The notes beneath the pieces were generated by a model that was not told the DNA's origin, searched no databases, and saw only the letters and a program-made list of their open reading frames with translations. A stretch of 64,000 nucleotides of DNA from Octopus sinensis (lineage: Eukaryota), in assembly GCF_006345805.1 (NCBI RefSeq), contig NC_043005.1, positions 88,288,001-88,352,000 of the forward strand, read 5' to 3'. The translations under genes were made by a program, and so were the position numbers. Every line of letters begins with the position of its first letter. Position 1 is the stretch's first letter. Positions 40,413 through 53,582 of the stretch are shown here, piece by piece.

Positions 40413-41011
40413 ACCAGTACAAATGCACGAATGATGTCATAAATAACAGTGACAAGCGAAATATACACCGCCGGAAGTTGTTGTTGACAAACAACAGCAG
40501 TAATTTTATTCAGTTGTATACACCTCATTGATTCGTTGAAATTACCGAAATACGACAACTTTAACACGAAATAGCTTTGAAAATACAAACTTTTCTCAAC
40601 AACACTGAGAGTAAAAGATGTTTTATATGGAACATTCTACCAGTATACGAAGTTTGAAAGTATTTAGTTACAAAAAATTAATTTCTCGATCTTCCGTTCA
40701 AAGGGTAAAGGGCCCTAAAAAGTAGATTACTTTTATATAAAATAGAAGCTTTATAATAATTCATACTAGCCTGTAATATTAAATTCTATAAAACTGCATC
40801 CCATGGTATCCTCATCTTACTTTATTTCTTACTTTGCGTTATTAGAAATACCACGAGTGATTATTATTCATTTACTTATAATTATTTAACTTTTCATTTT
40901 CAGTTTTTTTTTAATTTTCTTATTTGTCTTATTCTTTGTTTTTGTTTTTATCTTATGTCTATTTTATCATTTTATAAATCCCTTTTGAAATTCAAGGTAT
41001 ATATGTATCTG

Positions 41012-41104
<93 letters not shown>

Positions 41105-41287
41105 TAAATAAAAAGAACGAAGAATAAACAAGAAAAAACGACAACGCGACAACGTGGTACATGCAAAGTATTAGCAGACATTTCGAGCAAAGCTCTTCGT
41201 CAGAAACAGGAGACGAGGAAGGTCAAAGAGAAAATGAAAACGGAGGAAAAAATCGCCAACGATCAACATGTGGTTCTATTTTCAAAA

Positions 41288-41321
<34 letters not shown>

Positions 41322-41333
41322 CGTTTTGAAAAT

Positions 41334-41371
<38 letters not shown>

Positions 41372-41377
41372 TTTGAA

Positions 41378-41416
<39 letters not shown>

Positions 41417-41927
41417 TTTGAAAATGTATATATATATATATACGTCTTCATATTATATTTTCATGTGATTTCTTTTAGTATACATTATATTATATCATTA
41501 AATTTTATATTTTGTATACCTATTCACCGTCGTATATACTTGTGTAACATTCTATGATTTGCGGAGGTGATTGTAACTTCTCTCTTAAGCTCCCAAATCT
41601 TTCTTTTGCAAACTGGTTTGCTTCTTGGCGTCTTTCTAGCCTGAACTCTGAAGTCACTATTAACTAACCTTTGTTGAGATTTGAACTCTTCACATGGGAA
41701 GGGTTTTGTATTTCTAAGCAACCAGCTTTTCTGCTTTCTGGTGAAAATGTAGTCAAGCTTGCTTTGTATGACCACCACATTAATAAGTGAACAGGTGAGT
41801 GGGTGGTTTCTTGAAGTCATAATCGAAGATCATAATGTTGTTTGCATTGTGCACACTCACATAAATTCACAAACAAATAAATATATACACATATGCACAT
41901 GCATATATATATATTTCTCTCTGTGTA

Positions 41928-41965
41928 TCTTTCTGTTGAAGAGCGTAGGCTCGAAACGTTAAAGA
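41928..41965 (+). ncRNA. Hammerhead-like motif with A6U core change
   Basis: UCUUU-CUGUUGA-A-GAGC(GUAG)GCUC-GAAA-CG-UU-AAAGA; stems intact. Confidence 0.6.
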
Positions 41966-44900
41966 CTTGTTTTATTTATATTTCCTGAGCGCCATACTAA
42001 TACAATTGTTTGTTTGTTTTCCACCTGCCTTCGTCTTTTGCCTATTTTCATAAAGCTTCCCGTTATATAAAAGCTATTATGCATGACATTGACCTACTTC
42101 CCCACTGGGTGTATATCATCTAGTTTGTTATGGTTGGAATGGCATTTTAAATCGAGTTGTTGAAATGGAATATTTTAAAATGTAAACAGAAAAAAGAGCA
42201 ATAAATCACACCCGCTACAAATGCTGTACACGTTGTGTTCAAAATAGTGAAGTTATGAAGAATTCCTTCGATTCTCGTTGGAATTATTGGCTACCAACGG
42301 CATTTATTTTTCTGGCAATACTCTTTATTCATCATCATCATCCTTGTGCTCACATGTTTTCAGTCGTTTGACAGGATCCAGTGGGCCCAAGAACTGCACA
42401 TACCACGTGACCTCACACACCATGGGTCATGTGACTTCTCCCAAATTACCTGTAAAGAAAGAAGTGCCAGCTTTTCTTGTTACCAAAATATATTTCTTTC
42501 TGAATAGTAAAACACTACAAAACACAGATTCAAATGATGTGATTTCTTCGTTTCATTGTAGGTCAATATATACGGCTTTTAAGTATGTACGTGTGTGTGT
42601 GAGTGCATGAGTGTGTGTGTGAGTGCGTGTGTATGTGTGTGAGTGTGTGTGACAGTGTGCGTGCATGTACACATCATGAATTGTCTTCATATCCTGTTTG
42701 TCCGAATATTACTTTTTTGCATTAACAACAGTTTCCAGAATTTACAAGGACCAAAAATCAACTGGGAATTATTTTAAGCAAAAACGATTGTGTCAAAGAA
42801 TATGAATGTGTCAATTGAAACATTTTACCATGAATACAAATTCACCAGCATCACATTTTAAGGTCCTTTTTCTTTTATGAACTGACAAGCAAGAAGGCTA
42901 CACCAAGCTCCAATGTCTGATTCGGCATGGTCTGTACAGTTTGATGCCACTCTTAACACCAACCACTTTACAGGATGTACTGGGTGCTTCCTTCATGGCA
43001 CCAGAGAGTAACTTGCAAGACGAGATCCCACAAGTGAGTGGGGTATTGTTTTGAGGGATATGAAAGTATGAGAGAAGGGCAGGAACAGGGGTCTGACTGA
43101 AGAGGGGAATATATGGCTTAGCCTTTTGGAAAAACCAGGAGAGACATGAGGTGAAGACACAAGGTGAATACATAGAAAGACAGAGGGAGAGAGAGAGAGG
43201 GGGGAGAAGAAAAGTGGGTAAATGTGCTAGATTGAGATTAGTGTGAGAGACAATTAAAGATGAGGATTGAGTTGAACACAATGGATACTGGTTTTAGGAG
43301 GGGATAGGGTCAGAAGGAAGATGACAAAGGAGAGCAGTAGTGATAGAATAGGGGATAAGAGGAATCACCTGAATGAGTAGCATCACTGACCATTGATGGA
43401 GGAGTGAGTATTAGATGAGTTGCAATGCTGGACAAGATCTCATTTTTGCTGAGATGGTTGGGTTTTCTCTAGCACAGCACTTCACCATTCATATCAGTAA
43501 TATGCTGTACCTGAGGTTTGCCAATGTTTTACAGTATGAAGAGCAAAGGTATGAGGTGTTCTGGATTGTGAGGCACTTCCTTGCCTCTTTCTTTTCAGCA
43601 TCACTAAGTGCAAAAGTACCGTTACCATTCTGTACTCACTTCTCTGCCACAACATCTTCATTTTCTCTGATACACTGGTTTGCATTCCAGAGTTTTCCAT
43701 GCTTTTTGTCCACATGCCATAAACATTGTCTAACTTCATCCTTTCTCCTTCTGCCCTCACTAAATAGATCTGTCTTCTAACATCTTCACCAGTTACCCGA
43801 TATAGCTATCTGCATCTCCAACTCTTCCAAGCCTACCTCTTTTATTGCTGTCTACTTCCCTGTTCCACCTCCACATCACCTTTAGTCCAGTTACAATTTG
43901 GCACCAGCCTCACATTTGTTCTATAGACTCAGACTGTTCTCTGTTATGCATTTCCATCACCTTCTCCTTTTCATCAAATGCTTTAATCAATATCTTCATA
44001 AATCTCTGACAGTTCAAAGGATCCTTAGGCTTCTATATCTTCCTTTTCCAAATTGGTTTGTGCTTCTGAGTCCTTCTTTCTCTAAATCTGAAGTCACTAA
44101 CTACGAAATGATGTTGTGCTGTACATTCTTCACCAGGAAAAGATTTTGCCTTTACAAGAATCTGCCAATCCTGTTTTCTTGTGAAAGTGTAGTCAGTCTT
44201 GGTGTACCCATGAAATTCTTGGCAGTCGAGCGGCAGCTAATTTTCCTGATGCTAGTGTTGCAGATCGAAAAGTCATTAGCATCAAAGAACTCCTGCAGCC
44301 TTGTTCCCTCCTCATTTCTAGAACTGAAGTAAAACAGTGGAAAATAAAGTACCAATTAGATACTATAAGCCGTCCAAGGTGACTGACATTTCTGAATTGG
44401 GATACAGAAAATAGGTTAATTAAATTTCTAATTAATATATGCAAAGCATAGATATTAATTACACGGGTGTACTGTATACTAATGAGTTAGAATGATTAAA
44501 AGCAAAAACATGAGACACAGATGTTTTTCTGCAAACTTATGGCTTCCATCATCTCAAAACACTTTGTCCTGGAGGATGTAAAACTTAGTGAAGACCAGTG
44601 GCGGACTGGGTCTAAAAATATTGGTTGCCAGGAGAATAAGGCCCACCTGCAACTACAGTGCTATCATTTATTTTTTTTTTTTTTTTGTTAAAAGTATTCT
44701 TTTCAATTGTCTACAAACACAGCCAAGCTGAAATAATTAAGGCATTCTTCCAGGAGAGAATAAAAAATTCTCAAACTTGAGGGGATGGGCCTCTTAGATA
44801 CTAACATGGGCTCCCATATATGGATTCTAATGGCGCAGGGAGCCACTTGCCATCGGGCAAGCTGGCAACATGGCCAGTCCACCACTGGTGAAGACCATCA

Positions 44901-45200
44901 TTGTATGGGTAGACATCTGTATGGGTGGATATCTGTTTGGGTTAGAATTTTTGTTGTGAATTCTCATTGTAAACACATTCTTCCCAAAGAAAATTATCAC
45001 CACATGGTTCCGGGTTCAGTCCCGTTGCCTACTATAGCCTCGGGCCGACCAAAGCCTTGTGAGTGGATTTGGTAGACGGAAACTGAAAGAAGCCCGTTGT
45101 ATATATGTATGTACATATATAGTTAAGTTCCAGATTCGATAATATTGCAAATATTACCGAATGTATACATCATCTCTTATAACCTCAACTTCTCGCTATG

Positions 45201-45231
<31 letters not shown>

Positions 45232-45389
45232 CTGTGTTTGTCCCCCCAACATCACTTGACAACCGATGCTAGTGTGTTTACGTCCCCGTAACTTAGCAGT
45301 TTGGCAAAAGAAACCGATAGAATAAGAACTAACCTTACAAAGAATAAGCCCTGAGGTCGATTTGCTCGACTAAAGGCGGTGCTCCAGCA

Positions 45390-46280
45390 TGTGAGGTCTG
45401 GTGAACACAGAGGGTATTCAACGAAACCCCTTCATCCAATCCACCTGTTTAGAAAGATCTCATCAAGGAAGGATCTAAAATCGCAATGGTAGTATGTGGG
45501 TGCCCCATCTTGCTGAAAATAAAACTCCTCATCTTCAAAGTCTTCTCTAATGCTTGGCATGACAGACTGTTGCAGCAAGTTCAAGTAAACGGGACCAGTC
45601 ATGGTAGCATCAAATAAGAATGGTTCAATTAATCCTCTTGGTGATAAAACACACCACAATGTAACTCCTGGTAAATTAACATGGTGTTCTTCCATAACAT
45701 GCGGATTTTCAGATCCCCAATAGATGCAATCGTGACGGTTAATTGAATCATTTAATTTGAATCTGGCCTCTTCACTCTACACAATCTTTATTGGAAAGTG
45801 TGAATCTTCTACACATGGTGCCAAGTGCCACTCACAATACTGCACTCTTCAGCCTGGATCATAATCATTTGTAGCATGGACACATCTTGGAACGTAACCT
45901 TTTTCATTGACAATGCTTCAAAATGTGTTGGACAGGTGATTTTGTAATACCTACCTCATGAGTCGCTTGCCACATAGATTTTCTTGGATATTGGGTATAC
46001 TCTTTCTTGCTTTGTGGGGGTTGTTGATGTTCCTGCTTTTCTGGAATGCTTCTTGTGGACATTTTGAACAGTTCTATCGGCTTCAAACTTATCTCTAATT
46101 CAAGTAATGGTAAGTCGTGTTGGTGGATCTGTTAGAAACTCGTTTTCACACTTCCAATAGCATTTTAGAATGAATTTCCTTTGTTCAAAGCTTAGTCTGA
46201 CTGCCATCATTAATTCCAATGTTTCAATTGAGTTACAGCTGTTAAAGTGAGAATACATTTTTTGTGGAGGGACACCCTGT
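45390..46280 (-). mobile_element. Tc1/mariner-superfamily fossil (DUF4817-type HTH)
   Basis: RLSFEQRKFILKCYWK...PPTRLTI, FQQDGAP and SPDLT remnants; TIR start TACAGGGTGTCCC. Confidence 0.8.
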
Positions 46281-46827
46281 ATATATACATACATACATAT
46301 ATATATATATGTTTCGTGTTTGGATTTGGTTTGCAAGCTTCCTTACTTGAGTTCATGTGTTGAAGCATATTCTGTTGTGTCTGGGGAGAGTCATTCTCTT
46401 TTTGTGCCTTATTATTTAACACACTCACCAGTAAAATTTCCACTTATTTCTTTTTTATTTTTCTAAAATTTTTCATTGTGTCTTGCAACCTTTTAAATAG
46501 TTTTCGAGTCAAAACTATATATACACAACTATATATATATATATCATCATCATCATCATCATCAACATTGTCATCATTGTTTAACATCCACCATCCATGC
46601 TGACATGTGTTGGACGATTTAACAGGAGCTGGCCAGGCAGAAAATTTCCACAGACTTCTGTGTCTGTTTTGGCATGGCTTTTACAGCTGGATGCCCTTCC
46701 TAACACCAGCCAAGAGTGGACTGAGTGTTTTTTATGTAGCACCAGCACCGGCAGGGTCACCAAGTGACTTTGCAAGCCAAAGAACTTTTGAGAAGGGAAG
46801 AGGTGATTATGTGTCAGATGACGGAAA

Positions 46828-46904
46828 GTTAGAGTATAGGTTTCGGATTTTTTTAGTAAATAAAATAAAATAAGTTAATTTACAGGCAAATCCTCTTCAG
46901 TAAC
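46828..46904 (-). ncRNA. Hammerhead-like motif downstream of a PLE fragment, stem III damaged
   Basis: GUUA-CUGAAGA-GGAUUU...AAAUCC-GAAA-CCUAUAC-UC-UAAC. Confidence 0.5.
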
Positions 46905-47429
46905 CGAGCCTTCCAAGACTAACTTATAAATATGAGACCGATAACACGTGTCTCATCTCTATATGTTATAATTTTTTTCAAAATCCACTATGCATGCGTA
47001 GTTTCAGTTCGTTTCGGCATTCTTCATTTTCTGCCAACTGAAGTTACGCGTGCGCAGTGGATTTTGAAAAAATTACTCCATAATGTTATTGCTTTTACAC
47101 CTGTTAATTAAATTTACCTGCCCATAAAAGTCAAATTTACTCAGCAAGATCAGCTAAAATTATCTATAAACCAGTGGTATATAAAGTATCCACTGACAAA
47201 ATTTCAAATCTCTGTGTAAAATATTAACAAAGCTACAAGCAAATATTGTGGACACCCTTCTTCCTTCCCTTCCCACCCCTTTCCTCTCCCTTCCTCCTTT
47301 TCCCCTTCCTCCCTCCCTTCTTCTCCTTACTCCCCTTCCTCTTCTTTCTCACTTCTTCCCACCTTCCTCTCCTTCCACCCCTTCAACCCCCCTTCCTCCC
47401 CTTGTATGGTACAGCATTATTTATAATAG

Positions 47430-48620
47430 ACCAGTGGGTCGTATGCTCTACTCCATTCTGTTTGAGCCATCAGATGAAGTTAGATAGTGATGTGGAGAGT
47501 CTTTTGTTTACATTGGAAAATGACAAAAGATGGTTGCATAGACAATTTTTCATGGTGTCTCCAGTACTACCAATGTACACATATTTCTGTGTACAAATTT
47601 CACCCAACATTTGTAAACCACATTCTTCATCATGCAGTTGTTGTTAAATCTGCGCTTGTCTATCTCTGAAGTTACATGTTCTGTTATCTTTTCCAGTTCC
47701 ATGAGCAGAGTTATTACTGATGGTTACACTAGTTCTTCCTCCTGTAATTGTGTTCTCATTTTTCTTATGTATTGATTGTAATACTAATTGTGTGATGCTG
47801 TTTGGATCTATTTTTCTTAAGCTTTTATTATTCCTATCTGCAACTATTACATCGTCGTTTATTATGCTACGAAGTGCTGTTCTTCTGTATACCTCCTCTA
47901 GTCTTATTCTATTGAGTTTTGTATTATTTAGTTAGTGTATGTGGTATTCTAGATTGTGAGAGGTCACATATGCTAATTTTACATTATGCCTATTTTGTGA
48001 TATTTGAAAAATTTTTGAAAATGCCCATCTAATGCTGAGAAGAATTTCTGACCTATTTTGGATTTTATTTTTTAATTTGGAATTAGATTAAACCAAATAA
48101 TTTCATTCCTTATTTTTCTATTTCTGTTAATATATCTATTGGGTTAATATTTCTATCTGTCGCTGAATCTTGTTTTATCTGCTTCCAATGTTTCTTGTTA
48201 TTATTTCCATCCACATTTAACAGTTCCTTTCTTTTTTTACTCCGGGTTGTTGTTTCATGGGTTCTGTTTCATATCTATCCTTTCTAGTGATAGGATTCTT
48301 TTTTCCCAATTTGCTCCCTATCATATTTACTGGGTTTTTTTTTTAGGTTCTGGTATTCTGTGGTTATTTATATTATTATCTCAGCTATTAATAATGCTCC
48401 CTGGTTATTGAGGCTTCTCTCTCCTCTTTTGTACATATACGATTCTATCCTCACATCCCATTCTAGCTAGTGCTGAGCTGTAATACTCGGCATGCATGTT
48501 GAATTTTTGTTCTATCTGTGGATAGTCTGAATATTCTGTTACTCATGCTTCTTAGGATCCTTTTCAGTATGCGTTCCGGATGGTTAGATTTGTGGTTCAC
48601 ATATTTTAAGCTTTCATTAA
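47430..48620 (-). mobile_element. Penelope-like 3' fragment, degenerate
   Basis: LKYVNHKSNHPERILK thumb remnant and KYVYIGSTG GIY-YIG remnant; partly duplicated at 51035-51550. Confidence 0.75.
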
Positions 48621-49479
48621 TGTACATAAAAGAAATAGTGAACTTTTGCTACAGTAATGAATATTCGAAAAAAAATGAATAGGAATAACTTTTGTGACAA
48701 TTTTATTCCACTTGGATGATTTGATGTTTACAAATTGTTTTGTGACTGTTTTTTTTTTTTTTCCATTCATAAAACGGGTTTTTTTATATAAAAAAAATAA
48801 GTTACTTCATTGAAAGTAATTTTGAATAATGTTTTTCTTTTGACACATTCTTTGTCCAGATGTAGGTGGGTGTCTTACGAACATACACACAAACACACAA
48901 ACGCATACACAAAGAAACACTTATACATACGCACACATATACATCCACACACACATATAGCATACATACACACACAGCACACATCCATACACATACACAT
49001 AACACACATTAAATACAAAAAATAAGAGAGCGGCACAATAAAAAGAAGAGAACAATACATACATACACATATACATATAGAGACACACTTACACACATAC
49101 ATATGTATACACACAAAAAAAACACATATATGAGTCAGTCTATGCATGTGTGCGTGTCAACATATATAGATATGTATATATATATCATCGTCATCATCAT
49201 CGTTTAACGTCCGCTTTCCATGCTGGCATGGGTTGGACGGTTTGACCGGGGTCTGAGAAACCAGGAGGCTGCACCAGGCTCCAGTCTGATCTGGCAGTGT
49301 TTCTACAGCTGGATGCTCTTCCTAACGCCAACAACTCCATGAGTGTAGTGGGTGCTTTTTACATGCCACCGGCATAGGGGCCAGAGGAGGCTGGTAACGC
49401 CCACGATTGGTAGGTGCTCTTCATGTGGCACTGGTATGGGAGCCAGCCAGTCAAGGCGGCGCTGGTATCGGCCACGTTC

Positions 49480-49860
49480 TTCACTGCCGACGCATTGATC
49501 GGGTTCCTACAGCCGGTCTTCGTCGTCGCCTGAATCTCCGGCCCTTCCCTTCGGTGCTTCTACAACGGCGCTTAAGGTGGTTCAGTCACGCAGCCCACTG
49601 TCCAGAGGGTGAGCTAATTTGCGATGTCCTCCTCCCACCTCCACTTTCCAGCTGGCGTAAACGCAAGGGCGGGCAGCTGAAGACCTGGGCGACGACAATA
49701 AAGGAGGACCTCTCCGAACTCTCAGGTCCGCAGGTGGTCGGTCTGCGCAGATGGAACTGCGAATGGCTTGCTATCTCCAGTGACCTCGCACAGGACCATG
49801 GTTCGTGATGCCATTAGGAACAGAGAAGAAACCAGCTCAATCCGCCCTGGGTGAATGCTG
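49480..49860 (+). mobile_element. RTE-like LINE 3' fragment
   Basis: LQRRLRWFSHAA...RKRKGGQLKTW is typical of the RTE C-terminal region. Confidence 0.7.
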
Positions 49861-50264
49861 TCACCCATAATGGAACAAGTACACCTCATGTGTCCATAGC
49901 TTACACTGGGTACATCTTATGGAGTTTCTACCTACACCTTTTCTACAGATCGAGCAGGGCAACCTACATAGGGGAGTGTGTGGGGTGTTCACCTTCCTAC
50001 TTACTAGAACTTTGGTCTTTGCTACATTTACTCTAAAGCCTTTTCATTCTAAACCTAGCTTCCACACCCGAAATATATATATCATCATCATCATCATTTA
50101 GGGTCCATTTTCCATGCTGGCATGGGTTGGACAGTTTGACAGGAACTGACCAGCCAAAGGAGCTGCCTAGGCTCCAATTGTCTGTTTTGGTATGGTTTCT
50201 ACAGCTGGATGCCCTTCCTAATGCCAACCACTTTACAAAGTGTACTGAGTGCTTTTACACAGCA

Positions 50265-51028
50265 CCAGCGCAGGTGCACCTATGTGGCACTGGCACAGAT
50301 GCACCTATGTGGCAATGGCACAGGTGCACCTATGTATCACTGGCACAGGTGCACCTATGTGACACTGACGCAGGTGCACCTACGTAGCACTGACACAGGT
50401 GCATTTATGTGACATTGGCACAGGTGCACCTAGGTGGAACTGGCACAGGTGCATTTATGTGGCACTGGCACAGGTGCATCATTGTGGAACTTGCACAGGT
50501 GCATCTATGTGGCACTCGCATAGGTGAACCTATGTGGAACTGGCACAGGTGCACCAATGTGGCACTGGCACAGGTGCACCTATGTGGAACTGGTGCAGGT
50601 GCACCTATGTAGCACTGACACAGGTGCATTTATGTGACATTGGCACAGGTGCACCTAGGTGGAACTCGCACAGGTGCACCTATTTGGACTGGCATGGGTG
50701 CATTTATGTGACATTGGCACAGGTGCACCAATGTGGCACTGGCACAGGTGCACCTATGTGGCACTGGCACAGGTGCATTTATGTAGCACTAGCACAGGAG
50801 AATCTGTGTGACACTGGCACAGGTGCACCTATGTGGCACTGGCACAGGTGCATTTATGTGACATTGACACAGGTGCACCTATGTGTCACTGGCAAAAGTG
50901 CACCTATGTTTCACATTCACGCAGGTGCATTTATGTGGCACTGGCACAGGTGCACCAATGTGGCACTGGCACTGGTGCATTGATGTGGTACTCTCGCAGG
51001 TGCATTTATGTGGCACTGGCACAGGTAC
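50265..51028. repeat. 25-bp minisatellite, about 30 units
   Basis: Unit GGCACTGGCACAGGTGCACCTATGT; a second shorter array lies at about 53993-54332. Confidence 0.93.
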
Positions 51029-53246
51029 AAATATTTTCATTCCTTATTTTTCTATTTCTGTTAATATATCTATTGGGTTAATATTTCTATCTGTCGCTGA
51101 ATCTTGTTTTATCTGCTTCCAATGTTTCTTGTTATTATTTCCATCCACATTTAACAGTTCCTTTCTTTTTTTACTCCTGGTTGTTGTTTCATGGGTTCTG
51201 TTTCATATCTATCCTTTCTAGTGATAGGATTCTTTTTTCCCAATTTGCTTCCTATCACATTTACTGTTTTTTTTTTTTAGGTTCTAGTATTCTGTGGTTA
51301 TTTATATTATTATCTCAGCTATTAATAATGCTCCCTGGTTATCGAGCCTTCTTTCTCCTCTTTTGTACATACACGATTCTATCCTCACATCCCATTCTAG
51401 CTAGTGCTGAGCTGTAATACTCGGCATGCATGTTGAATTTCTGTTCTATCTGTGGATAGTCTGAATATTCTGTTACTCATGCTTCTTAGGATCCTTTTCA
51501 GTATGCGTTCCGGATGGTTAGATTTGTGGTTCACATATTTTAAGCTTTCATTAATGTACATAAAAGAAATAGTGAACTTTTGCTACAGTAATGAATATTC
51601 GAAAAAAAATGAATAGGAATAACTTTTGTGACAATTTTATTCCACTTGGATGATTTGATGTTTACAAATTGTTTTGTGACTGGTTTTTTTTTTCCATTCA
51701 TAAAACGGGTTTTTTTATATAAAAATAATAAGTTACTTCATTGAAAGTAATTTTGAATAATGTTTTTCTTTTGACACATTCTTTGTCCAGATGTAGGTGG
51801 GTGTCTTACGAACATACACACAAACACACAAACGCATACACAAAGAAACACTTATACATACGCACACATATACATCCACACACACATATAGCATACATAC
51901 ACACACAGCACACATCCATACACATACACATAACACACATTAAATACAAAAAATAAGAGAGCAGCACAATAAAAAGAAGAGAACAATACATACATACACA
52001 TATACATATAGAGACACACTTACACACATACATATGTATACACACAAAAAACACACATATATACGAGTCAGTCTATGCATGTGTGTGTGTGCCTATGTGT
52101 GTGTGTCAACATATATATATATATATATATCATCATCATCATCATCGTTTAACGTCCGCTTTCCATGCTAGCATGGGTTGGACGGTTTGACCAGGGTCTG
52201 GGAAGTCAGGAGGCTGCACCAGGCTCCAGTCTGATCTGGTAGTGTTTCTACTGCTGGATGCCCTTCCTAATGCCAACAACTCCATGAGTGTAGTGGGTGA
52301 TTTTTACGTGCCACCGGCATGGATGCCAGTCAAGGCGGCGCTGGCATCGGATAGTTTTTTTACGGGTATCACAACTACAATTTCCATTGGATTTTTATTG
52401 TAATGTTTATGTACTTCACTCAGTTAGTCTCCTCAAGCACAGCAGGTTGCCCTACGACCCAAGGTAAGCACAGCATGCCACATATATGCATCCTACAATC
52501 TACTTTTCACTCTGAGCGAGAAACCCTTTGTCACCAGTAGGGGAAGAAGCTATCTAAACTTTGCCCAGGCTATTCTTATTCTAGTGGTAACACTCTCTGA
52601 GCATCCACCCACACAACTAACTTCTCGGTTAATCTTCCTTTGATGTTTTTTTTTTCAACTTATGAATGGTTTTTTTATATAAAAAAAATAACTGAGTTCC
52701 TTCATTAAAAGTAATATTAAAAACATGTTTTTCTTTTGATACATTCTTTGTCCTACACACAAGCATGCAAACACACACACATACAAACACTCATGCATAC
52801 ACACACATATATATATCCACACAATTACAGAGAAGTGAATGCAAGTTGAGGCATGTCTAATTTTTTTTTAAACTGGATTTAAGTACAAAATAAAAAACGG
52901 AGTGTCACTGAAAAATGTTATCCTTTCTTTATAGATTGTTAGCATAAAGCCTGTTTAGGTTACACTGCAATCACATCTAAAATTTTCGATACAGACATAC
53001 AAATCCACACACACACATATAGCACACATCCACATCCACACACATTAAATACAAAAAATAAGAGAGAGGCACAATAAAAAGAAGAGAACAATACATACAC
53101 ATACATGTACATATAGAGACACACTTACACACATACTTATGTATACACACACATATATACATACATGTGCATGCATATATATATATATTTACGGAGATGT
53201 ACTCGCATAGCAAGTAATTTGATCTGAGATCGTGTGCTGAAACGAA

Positions 53247-53545
53247 AACAATTGCAGCGTGGAAGGTGTTTATGAGCCATTTAAGAAACACACAAAAGCC
53301 GTTCGATTCACTTCAACATTTAAGTTTAATTTGTCAAAATATTTTCGTTGCTAAAATCCGCGACCTGTTCACTGACAAAAATCCGTGCTGCAGCACAAGA
53401 TGCAGCACGGATTTTTGTCAGTGAACAGGTCGCGGATTTTAGCAACGAAAATATTTTGACAAATTAAACTTAAATGTTGAAGTGAATCGAACGGCTTTTG
53501 TGTGTTTCTTAAATGGCTCATAAACACCTTCCACGCTGCAATTGT

Positions 53546-53546
<1 letters not shown>
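53247..53546. repeat. Apparently perfect palindrome, 146-bp arms and 8-nt spacer
   Basis: 53247-53392 is the reverse complement of 53401-53546; no mismatch seen by eye. Confidence 0.95.
53414..53463 (+). ncRNA. Hammerhead ribozyme, G3-C8 core variant; mirrored on - at 53330-53379
   Basis: UUUGUCA-GUGAACA-G-GUCGC...GCAAC-GAAA-AUAU-UU-UGACAAA; 7-bp stem I and palindromic stem III. Confidence 0.7.

Positions 53547-53582
<36 letters not shown>

Noticed and set aside
41175-41210. Minus-strand CUGACGA-AGAGC/GCUC-GAAA motif
   Set aside because: Core and stem II are fine, but no stem I pairing was found after the putative cleavage site.
46462-46502. Minus-strand U3-A8-type hammerhead relic
   Set aside because: The essential G5 is replaced by U and stem II is mismatched.
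50127-51081. Repetitive His/Cys/Trp-rich protein ORFs
   Set aside because: The 25-bp unit is not a multiple of three, so the same peptides cycle through all frames; it is a minisatellite.
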